Assembly: GCA_964035545.1 (NCBI GenBank)
Contig: OZ037772.1
Location: 7,362,889 to 7,426,888 of the forward strand
Origin: Bugula neritina
Taxonomy: Eukaryota > Animalia > Bryozoa
DNA: 64,000 nucleotides
Direction: 5' to 3'
The notes below the pieces were generated by a model. That model was not told where the DNA came from. It saw nothing but the letters and a program-made list of their open reading frames with translations, and did not search any database. Of the stretch, positions 50,801-62,800 are shown one piece after another (the first letter of the stretch is position 1; every line of letters begins with the position of its first letter). Made by a program: the position numbers and the translations under genes.

Positions 50801-53800
50801 TCTAGACAATACTTGCCTACAGTGAAACAAAATATAAATACAGACAAAATATACAGGGTAGAACGAGACCCAACATTGACGGCAGTGTGGGGCAGTGATA
50901 TCGCGCCCGTTACTTAACTAGACTAAAAGCTGAGTCCAAGTCAGTTTATCTACTCTCAAGTATGTAATAATGGATTTATTTGGAATCGAAGAACACCAAG
51001 TTACAGGTTAGAGCTCAAGGCACATCTATCTAAATCTTTCAGAATAAAGTTGTTTACAACTGGCAAAGAAGACTGCATAGATAGATTAGTATAGTATTGT
51101 AAAGACTACGTAGTATCAGAACAAATCATCGTAGCAGACGTGAGAGCTCAAGAAGCAGACGTACCAGCTACACAGGGCAGACAGTCATCTTGTGACTCCC
51201 CGCCAGTCTCGTTTCTGAATGTCCCAGGAGCACAGATCTCAGGAGTTTCAGTTCCTTCAGGACAGAATCGAGCCTCTGGACAGGTGACGGGCCAGGACGT
51301 ATTCTTGAGGCAGTAGTACCCGGCTGGGCAGTCTAGACAGGAAATTCCACCCTGGTTGGGTTGGTAAGTACCTGGTGGGATAATTATAATTTAGATTTAA
51401 CAAAAACCTTTTCAATCAGATTTTTCTCACAGAGATAGTGACTATAAACTTGTGTGAGAATCGTACCTATAAGTTAAATTTCACTAACTAATATTAAGTT
51501 ATCAGAGTATCCAGCAGTCCCAGTCACTAACTAATCAGAGTACCTCTGAGTCACAGTTACACGACTCATTCACTCACCAGAGGGACATGGCTCAGGATCC
51601 TTAGTGCCGTTGGAGGGGCAGTAGAACCCCTCAGGACAGAGATACTCAGTAGGAGTGGCGGAGGAGATGGCGGCGTCAGAAGGACAGTAGTAGCGCGGCT
51701 CACACAGTCCCGTAGGTTGAGTCAAGTTCAGTCCTTCACAGTACATTCCAGCATCACAGGGGAGACAATCCTCAACATTCTTGGCAGCTAAACACAGGAT
51801 AATGCTCAGTTATATGAATTGCAAGTTAGTTGTTCAAGGAAAATGCAATAGGTTCTATTTATAAAAAAGTAGGTTGTATTGTCTCGGATAACAACATGAT
51901 GGTTTTTACAATCTTTCAAAATGGTTCATTAAAATAGATGGTCATCAATACAGAGCTGTGTCAGCAAAAATTTGACCTCCAAAATTAAAGAGCATAGATT
52001 TTGAGAACTAAAGTAATATTTATTGAAAATAGAATAAATATTACTACATCAAAGGACAAGAAAAATCGTCTAGCTCTACAACAAAGCTATGACCATAAGT
52101 CGAAATAGTAGAAACGAAAATAAAAATGAAACCAATAGCAGTTTGTTACCTCTACGACCATAGTAAGTGCCGGCTGGGCAAGGTATAGCTATCTCCACTC
52201 CTTCTGGACAATAGTGACCAACGGGACAGAAATCGTTCCAGCCGTCCACATCTGTTGGCGTCTGCCGAGTGGAAGTGGATCTGCACCAGAACCCTTCCGA
52301 GCAGTTGCCGGTTGGAGCCGAGAGACCAACTGTCTCACAGTACATGCCGGCCGGGCACTCCAGGCAGGAGTGGATAGTGGCTCTCCCCATGTCGGGGTTA
52401 TAGTAACCTGAGAAAGAAAAGAAGTAATTAAACTGAAGAATCTGCAAGACCTTTCATAAATGTTAATGGCAAAATTTTGAACAGTGAATACAAAATACAG
52501 AAAATGCATGCATTAAGTCAATGCTGTTAGGAAGTAACACAACCAACTGATCAGAAAAAAACAAACTAAAGTAATTTAGAAAATACCACAATAATTAGAA
52601 AATAAAAATCTAGAAAATTAAATAAAACACTAAGATACAGACAGACAGACTAGTAGACTCACAATTACTACAGACTCCGGAACAAAACAAAAGCCAAGGA
52701 ATATTTTAACTCCAGTGTTTAAACTCAGCTAAACCAGGAACATACTAAAGCAGGCTTACCTTGATCACATGGGGTACCATCAGCGACTGATCCGTTAGGA
52801 CAGTAGTGGCCCGAGAGACAGGGCAGGGTGTAGTTCATGGCATTGTAGGGGCAAGTGTCCCCAGCAGGGCAAAGGTCACACTCAGAGTTCTGTTTGATTG
52901 GACTGTAAGAACCTGCAGAAGGAATCAAAATTATACTTTACAGATACATAGAATACTTGATTCTATTTCATTGGTGGAACAAACCACAATTAATATAGAT
53001 ATGTCTGTTCAGAAAAGTTTTATTGAATACAAAAAAGTTGAAAGAGATGAGGAGAGTCTTCACTGCCATTATTTACATATTAATAGCCAATCAGTGCTAA
53101 AATTATGGTTTTGTAGAAGTTGAAGTAGCCTCTACTGAATCATAGCACTATTATATATTATATACATCATCATAGCCTGCAGCTCCTACTGACCTGGCGC
53201 ACAAGGTCGGGGCGACGTGTCACCTGACTGACAGTAATGACCTTCAGGACAAGGATATCCTATGACATAGTCGGTAGGGGTGGCGGTGTTAGAGCCCCCG
53301 CTACATATGTATCCAGCATCACAGTCTGGAGTGTTGCCTACAAGCAATGTATTATGGTGTCTGTATTGTATAATCTACAGGGAGAATAACTTCAAAAGAA
53401 GAACAGTATTATATGTACTTGAGATAGAAGAATCCGAGCTAATAAAATGTTTATTTAATAATAAATATATCTTCTATAACATAAGACAAAATATGTAACT
53501 TTCTATAATTCTGTTGTAAAAACTATTTCTGAACAAAATATTCCATGATGCAAATGTGGGAAAATGTGGAAAAAAATCTTTGAACTTAAAACAATAAAAT
53601 ACTCTCTAGTCACATGAGAAATGTTTTTATTAAGTCTTCCAGTTTACAAACTTTTACACCGTTTCTAGAAAATAAGCAGCAGTCAACCAAACTGTTTTAC
53701 CTGCGAGCAGTCTCACCCGAGTAAAGTTTTACCTGCAAATAATCTCACCTGAGCTGGAGCTCTCCGGGGTGCAGTATTTGCCGGGAGGACACGGCGTACA

Positions 53801-56800
53801 CTGCGAGACGTTGTAAAAGCCGGTCTCTATGGCGATAGTGCCGCTGGGGCACGGTACAGGATATTCGGAACCTTCCGGACAGTAGTTGCCGAGAGGACAT
53901 CTTAGATGCTCAGGTAGCCGGTCCGATACACTCCCGTTACAGTAGTAGCTGTTTAATGAGAACCAAACAATAAGTAGATTGATGTGATAGCTCCTAGTGT
54001 TGTTATAAATAACTCTAAATAAAATACACATCTGCATAAGATAGAAGGGATAAAGAGAGCCCCGTAAGTTTAGTATATTCGTCTCATCTTGTTTCATTTC
54101 ATTAACAAGTTCAACAAGAAAGTGCGTCATTTTACTTTATTTAGTACACATCAGCAAATCAGGACCAAATTGTGAAAAATGAGATATAGAGTGTGAACTG
54201 TATTAAGTTTGATGAGAAAATGGAAAAAATAGAGTGTATGTGATAAGGATAGTGATAGGGCCTAATTATTCACCAACAGAAAAACTAGTAGTGGTGCAGG
54301 CCTAACATTTTCAGCAACCAATCATTTAACTCCCATCCTGAATCATATTCCAAGCAATGAATCACCGAACACATACAGATTATCTCAACCTCGCAAAATT
54401 CACTGCAGGACTACTTTAAATGCTCGAGGTAGCCATTAAAAACAACACATAATAGTTTTTAAACCACAAAACATCAGCACCACAACAGAACATAGACTGA
54501 GTGTATTCCATACCCAGGCGAGCAGGGGCCGTCTGGCCACACCTCCCCTGTAGTCTCACAGTAGTAGCCCGAGGGGCAGGGCTGGCACTCCTCTATTGAT
54601 ACTCGGTGAGTGACGTTGTTGATGGTCCCCGAGGGGCAGGGGTACTGAGTAGCGTAGGCTGTGCCCACAGGGCAGTAGTGACCTTTGGGACAGGAGGAGT
54701 CGTTGAGTGATGACGTGGCATCATAGGTATTGTCACAGTAGAATCCTACACACAGGAGAGCAAGTAGAGAATCAACTGTGGATAACTGTTACACAGCTTA
54801 TGTAGAGTAGGCGTGTGAATACGTGACTTACTAATGTAAAACCGATACAGAAATAATAGTCACCATGTGGTTCATGTATAGTTAATTTATGTGCATAGTT
54901 GATATGTTATCATGTAATAAAATATTGTATATTATAACATAATGTATATAATATAATGTGTTATAATATGATATAACAACACCTATAATATAATAATATA
55001 TATTATAATATATTATAATAACACAATACATAATATAACGAAATTTAATATAATATATATCATATTACAATACAAAAATGCATAATATAATAATACATAA
55101 TATAATATAATATAACATAATACAAGATCATGGTAACATAATATAACAATACTGTCACCTTCATCGCAGACTCTGCACTCGAATTGACCCTCGTCTGGGG
55201 TCCAGGTACCATTCTCACACCTGTACGGAGACACTGAGCCGTCTAGACAGTAGTGACCTGAAAATCAAATAGTGTTGAGTCAGCGTCTACTATACTGGCA
55301 GCAGCATGATTAGTCAACCGACTGATCATGCAGAATGAACGTATTTTAAACATTCATTCAACCGTTAGGCCAAATCAAGTGACTAGAACTATCATATAAG
55401 CAGGGGGCAGATTTTGAACTTATAAGTTGGTCAAATTCTCTTTGATTAGCTTTTGCTAGCAGGAGACAATAAATTCACTACTTTTCCAAGCTTTGCATTA
55501 TGCGAATGAATTTTTCTTTCGATGTTTGAACACAGTTGCATCGAATGAAACAACATGTAAACAGAAACCACAAATTCACCCGTAGAAGCATCCATTCACA
55601 TAATGTGAAGTAATAAAAACACAGTGATAGACTCTGATTGGGTTGCTATGAGTCATTGACAAACGTTTACACTCACCGGGTGGGCAGATGTAGTCAGTAG
55701 GTGTTGGAGTTGTCTGCCCTTCAGGACAGTAGAATCCTCTAGAACATTCTCCGGTGACGACAGAAGAGCCAGGCTGTGAGCAGTAGTATCCGGCAGTACA
55801 GGGTGTGCACTCAGACTAGAATATAGGTAGAGTATATGTACCTGTTGACCATCTACTCAGACTATCTTCTGTCTAATATACTGTATGCAGAGTGTATACT
55901 CAGACTATATCTACTGTATACTCAGACTATATCTACTGTATGCAGACTATATCTACTGTATGCAGACTGTATACTCAGACTATATCTACTGTATGCAGAC
56001 TGTATACTCAGACTATATCTACTGTATGCAGACTGTATACTCAGACTATATCTACTGTATGCATACTGTATACTCAGACTATATCTACTGTATACTCAGA
56101 CTATATCTACTGTATGCAGACTATATCTACTGTATGCAGACTGTATACTCAGACTATATCTACTGTATGCAGACTGTATACTCAGACTATATCTACTGTA
56201 TGCAGACTGTATACTCAGACTATATCTACTGTATACTCAGACTATATCTACTGTATGCAGACTATATCTACTGTATGCAGACTGTATACTCAGACTATAT
56301 TTACTGTATGCAGACTGTATACTCAGACTACAAAAGGTTTACCTGACTTGTTAGCCGGAGCTGGTTGCTAAATGTTCCATTATCGCACGGGACGGGGGTA
56401 GAACTACCCTCAGGGCAGTAATGACCAACCGGACAGTCAATATCCTCAGCTGTAGAGGATCCGTTGGGACAGAAGTATCCTTCTGCACACAGCCCTGTCA
56501 CATTCTCTCTGCAATATTTCCACAGTATATGACATGTCTGTTTACTAAATAGTGTATTATAATATATTATTAATTATAATATAATGCGGTATAAACTATG
56601 CACCAGCTATGGAGCAGCCGTGGTCTAAGGGTTAGAGCTTTTGCCTAGTAAACACTGGGTCATGGGTCCGAGCCTGGACAAAAGCCATTGGTGATGTTAG
56701 GAAGAGCATCCAGTCATAATTGCTCCTGTGCCTCATTTAAATAAGTCCTTAGCCTAATTTAACAAGAAACCCTTTCCATCAGAGGTTTCTCACAGGGATG

Positions 56801-59800
56801 ATGACTATAAACTTGCGTGAGATTTATTTTATAAGCTATACACCAGTTACTGAAACAGATACAAACCTTTCATAGAACTGGCAGTAGTAGCCTGGGTTAC
56901 AAGTCGTTGGTTCTGACGAGCCTGCGGGACAGTATGTACCGGGTGGGCATACGTCCCCGTATTGTGTTGTTTGGTTACTGTCAGAACCTCCGCTACAGTA
57001 CCATCCGACATCACAAAGACCTGTAAATATGACTTAAGGTTCTTAGCAAGAAATCAACAGAGATATAAGTTGTATGGTTAGCATATCTTTGCAAGATCTG
57101 ATCAATTCATGGTGTAAAATATCACTACAGTCAATAATTTCCAGCATTATTGTTCCTTACTTTAGAAGTTCTGATTTATGAAAATGATGTTCTCAGAATG
57201 CGAGAGCAAAAACAATTCCAAATATGTTTCAATATTGAAAATGACACCAATTAAGCAATTTTGTCCTTTTCAATCATGAGAGTAAAAGCTAGAGAAGTCG
57301 TAAAAAGTTATTAAAAAAGAGTTTAGGGTAAATTTTCTTTAAAGAATACAGTTTCAAGATTAAGAAATAAACTTGACTGACCAGTTGGGGCGGAGTTGCC
57401 GAAGCCCTCACAGTAGAGGCCGGGATCACAGGCTACACACCAGGCTATGTCTGTAGCTCTCATCTGCTGATTGTAGGAGCCGGGAGGACATGGGTTGGTG
57501 AAGTTACTCGGTGTGGACTGAGGGCAGTAGTGACCGACTGGACACTCGTACGGGGCGTAGTCAAACGTCCCAACAGGACAGAAATAACCAGCGGGACAGC
57601 TGCAAAAGTACTTTCGCATTTTAATAAATTTCCACAAATTTCTGCATTTTAATTAACTTCTACCAAATTGGATTAAAATCACATAAAATCACAAAACATG
57701 TTTATGCAGGATATGGGAAGACAACTACAAGCTGTTAACCCACCTGAGGCAGTTGTCTTCCCCTGTGTCAGGCTGATAGGTTCCTGCGGCGCACGGCTCT
57801 GGTAGGTCACTTCCTTCCAGACAAAAGTGGCCCACCGGGCAGACGGCTCCGTTAGGTACAAAGTCACCTGGGCAGGTGCTGTCATTAACTGACCACGGGT
57901 TTGGGAGTGGATTGGCGCTGACACAGTAGTAGCCTGCTGAGCAGACGTCTGTTGGCTCAGTCATATGAGTGTCTATAAATAGATTGACAGTCTATATATA
58001 GATTGACAGGTGATGTGAGTGTCTAAAAATGCGCATTTCCTGTGAGTAGGTGTAATTATGTGGTATCATGAGAGTGATGATAAGTAGGCTGATGTTTTAT
58101 GTAATGAGTGTCTATAAGATATTAATATATTGTGAATTGGGAGCTATTTACTGAATGTGAGGGAGAGGCAACTCCTCAATACTGTCAAATTCAACATAAA
58201 AGTGTCAGTAAGCATAAAATATAACGACTGACTGACCAATGACTGACTGACTGACTACTGACTGACTAATGACTGGCTAATGACTCACTAATGACTGATT
58301 GACTAATGACTGACTGACTACTGACTGACAACTGACTGACTAATGACTGACTGACTAATGACTGACTGACTACTGACTGACTAATGACTCACCTCTACAG
58401 TACATGCCAGAGTCACACGGAGTACACTCACTCTCACTGCTCAGGCCGGTTCTGTTGCTATAAGTACCGGCAGGGCAGGACTTCCAGTCCACTCCTGTAC
58501 CGTTGGCACAGTAGTAGCCTCTCGGACAGACGTGTGTGGCTGAGTCAATCTCACCTGCAGAGAGATCATATTATACTCCTCTGCATTTATTCCATCACAG
58601 AAATATGTTAGCAACACCAAAACACCATCACTTATAAAACATTTAGTTAAGTTATTAAATTACTTATTAACTTATACGTTAAAATTAAAATTAAAAATAT
58701 TCATTTACTTATTACAGTTTTAAAGACTTATTACCCACAATAGCTAATAGATTTAAAGAAGAAATAACATATTACAGACAAAAAAATGGCAGCTCATATG
58801 GAAACTGATTTTAGCTTAGATTTGAACTTTTCTGAAAGAATAGTCTTCAACAGTGGCAGATGCTTCTACTGCTATTACAATTAGATAGACTGCTACTACA
58901 ATGACCCACCTTCTACAATCAGTTAGACTGCTACAGTGACCCACCTTCTACTATCAGTTAGACTGCTACAGTGACCCACCTTCTACTATCAGTTAGACTG
59001 CTACAGTGACCCACCTTCTACTATCAGATCTGGAGTACAGTAGAAACCTTCTGGACACTCATGACATTCGTAAGCTCCTTCGTAGTCTGTGTAGGTGCCT
59101 GCCGGACATTTGGTAGGGGCTGGACTACCTTCCACACAGTACACAGCAATGGGGCAGATGATCTCAGTCTCCACAATAGACCCAGTTGGACAGTAGTATC
59201 CTGAATTATAACAAAACTTAAAACATCAAATCATCAAAACAAACAGGAAGAGCTAAAATCAAAATTATGTTCCCAAACTATATCTACAAGAAACAGAGGT
59301 GAAACCGGGTGAGAAAAAAATTCCAGCTGATCAGTTGGTGTAATGATAACTGTTTCAAACCAGGTGAAATTATCTGTGAAATAATTGCTTAATCCCAGAG
59401 CATAAAAAAAATATAAGTCTTAGGTAGACAAACAGACAGACACAATTGGATAAGCTTAGTTTCCAACTCATGTATTGTATGAGTTGAATTAATCATTCTG
59501 AATAAAGATGACTGAGTAATAAGACAGGATACGTCTGCAAATGTTACCTTGTCTGCATAATCCAGTGGGTTGAGTAAGGCCCCATGACTCACAGTAGTAT
59601 CCCTGAGTGCAGGGTGTACATTGTTCTACAGAGGAGAGGCCTGATTGGTTGGAATACGTGCCGTTACTGCAGTTCATTTCATACTCACTCCCTGAAATAA
59701 AAAGAGACAAGTTTGAGTGCTCCTTTAAACTAACTGATTGTAACTGTGTTTCAGCCCAAGAGCACCAATGGAGTTTATTTTATTCAAAAGTTTAAAAACA

Positions 59801-62800
59801 GAAATTTTAAGAGAAAGGTGTCTGTCAAAGGCGACAAAACAGATAGTATATTCCAGCTACTTGAGACAATACCAGAAAGTGCAATGGCTGAAGTGGAAAA
59901 ATAAATAAACTCAAGTAGAAAATACATTAATTGTGACGTTTCCTCTGCGAGTTTGTGAAACCTCCTGGTGCCTCTCACCATGCCGGTAACACGGATAAAG
60001 GTCATCCATAGAGACAAAGAAGCCGGATGACCTTTTAATGACCTTGATCATATGTCTCATGTTAGGTTAGTACACTAATCACTGCACATTTTCTGCTCTC
60101 CAAAAAGGAGGTTTTAATATAAGTACAAAATCTGCACAGATTTTACTAAATCTCACCCATTAGGAGACACACTGCCATGTCCTGATAACTGTTGATCAAT
60201 AGTGACCTATAAACACCAACCTGCTGGACAATAGTGACCGACAGTGCACACATTTTCAGTGGGAGAACTTGACCCGACAGGACAGAAATGTCCTTCTTGA
60301 CAGACTCCAGCCACCGAGCTCAGACCTACACAGAGGTAAGTAGTATATGTCAGAGAAACTGAGTAAGTTAAGTTACAGCATAGCTAGAGAATGGAAGATC
60401 TAGTGAACTCATGAGCTTAAAATCTCACCAGACTTTTTACATGTTGTTAATATCTTAAGCAGGTGAAAACGCTTTCAAGGGTGCAACTTGTAGTAAATAA
60501 TTAAAACATACTAGAATAACTATAGAAATCGACAGCAGACTAATAGCACTTGACTCAAGTTTACTAGTGGTACCACCATGAAGTTCTACACAGTATTCCA
60601 ATGAAATACTAAACTTACCAACATTATTACAGTGAAAATCTAAACTCACCAGCAGTGTTACAGTAAAAGCCTAAACTCACCAGTAGTATTACAGTAAAAG
60701 CCTCCAGTACAGTCCAGACATTCAGAAAGCGCCATTCTGCCCAGATCTGGATTGAAGGTACCAGCTGGGCACTCGACAGGCTCGTCTGTTCCCTCGGGAC
60801 AGTAACTTCCTGTTGGACAGATATCCCCGATATCTGAACCTGTAAGAAACAAAACTAACTACTCTAATAGCTGATTGGGATTTTTGGTGGAAGGTGCTGT
60901 AATACCACAAATAAAAGTGCAAATCTGGAGCCGTAGTGTGGTATTTTGTTAAAAAAAGTAAATACCATGTATATAGGTTTTGCTGAAACAAATTAGGTGA
61001 CCTACCATGAAGGTTTAGACCCTATCCAAAACAGTTGTCTTAACTTTAAGCAATCAAAAGGAAATGAACAAAACTACATTCAACCAGTAACATGCAAAAG
61101 AGCTGAATACACAGCGATACATATAAATTTATAGTATTACATGGTAACACTGACCTAGCTGCGGTGTTGTCGTGTTACAGGAAACTCTGCAGAAATATCC
61201 AGCGGATGAGAGTCTGTGAGGATAGATTAGCCCAAGTTCATCACAAGCGTAACCTCCCGGACAGGGGGCGCACTCAGACTGCGCTGTAAGACCTGCAAAA
61301 AGTAAATAAGCCTGAAATAACACTAGGATCAGATAGTGCTGTTCTTAACTTACTCTTCATAAAAGGATGACAGCTAACACACCCTAATCAACACAGTGTT
61401 TTGAACATGGAAATGAAACTATATGAAAAAAACAATGTCCTGTATACTGTGCTTAAAACATCGTGAAACAGACTCGCTAGTTCATTAGACAAAATAATTT
61501 TTTTGATATACATAATGCTTCAATACTGAAATATGTTTCAAAGATTTTAAACTTTCTAATTGCAAAAACCCGGACAACAAAAGATCCCCAAAACATTTTT
61601 TAAAAAGTAATAATGTCGAAGAACTTCGAAACATCATATTCAGGGTAAAACGAGAATTGAATAATGGAAAGACGTAAAAGTTGAAAAATATCTTCCGATG
61701 CATAAAAATTCAATTCAGTACAGACGACAAAATGTCTGTTACATTCCATCGTTCTGTACCAAAGAGTTCTGTCAGATCACCTCAAACCAACTCACAGCAT
61801 AGAAATTATAAAATATATATTGAGAAGAGAGTAACACAAAGAGTATATTATATCATGTCCGCAGAATGTAGAAAAGACAGTAACCTATTGAGTGTAACTG
61901 TAAACACAATTCTCTACTTACCAAGTGACGGAAACAGTCAATGAACAGGATGTGATGCAAAACAAAGTTGTACATTGTTGAGATATCAAGAAACATTTAT
62001 ACGGATAAAAATCTCTTGCATGCACTGCCTTAGTATACCTACTGTGCAGAATACAAATATTGTATGTTATAACTACAAGAAGCCACAATGACTAAGAATA
62101 GACTGTGCCGTAACTCTAAACTACAATTTAAAACACTGAAAAGGGGTTCCTGTATGTAAGACAGCGCAGTAACGGGTTACCTGTGAGATTGTTATAAGTG
62201 CCAAGGTCACACGGGTACTGGGTGTCGTAGTCTGTCCCCAGGGGGCAGTAGTAGCCGACTGGACATAGATATGCGTCTGGTAGTTCGACGGGACCGAAAG
62301 TGGCGTTGCAGTATCGACCCTAGTGATGTAATAACGAACATGAGTATATGATGGTGAGTCTCTGTCACGGAAAAATAGCGATTCTAACAGAAAATGGATA
62401 TAAAATCAGGGAAACTAGCAATAATTTAAACAATAAAAACAATTATTCTTTGAAAAATAAGGCTAAAATATAAACTAAAGTGTAAAAAATACCGAGTCTC
62501 AAGTATTATACATTAGTTTTAAATCCTCACAAGCAGTAGACTAACCTGGGGGCACACTTTACATGTCCACTTGCCCGTCTCGTCCTGATAGTGACCACTA
62601 GGACATGGAGCAGGGGCTACAGAGCCTGTGGTACAGTAGTGAGCTACGGGGCAGAGGTAGGGGCCGGGAGAGTGGGTGGACTGACCAGCTGGACAGTAGT
62701 ACCCCTGGCTACACTCCCCTGTGACATCATCTTGACCTGAACCGTCGCAGTAAAACCCTGTGAAGCGTAAAATATAGATTAGCAAACAGCAGGACAAACA

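Noticed and set aside
55836-56371. Three overlapping 153-172 aa plus-strand ORFs
   Set aside because: Stop-free readings of a minisatellite inside a host intron.
56611-56690. tRNA gene candidates at the SINE heads
   Set aside because: Degenerate stems and B boxes, always fused to the same ~130-bp body, so SINEs rather than functional tRNAs.
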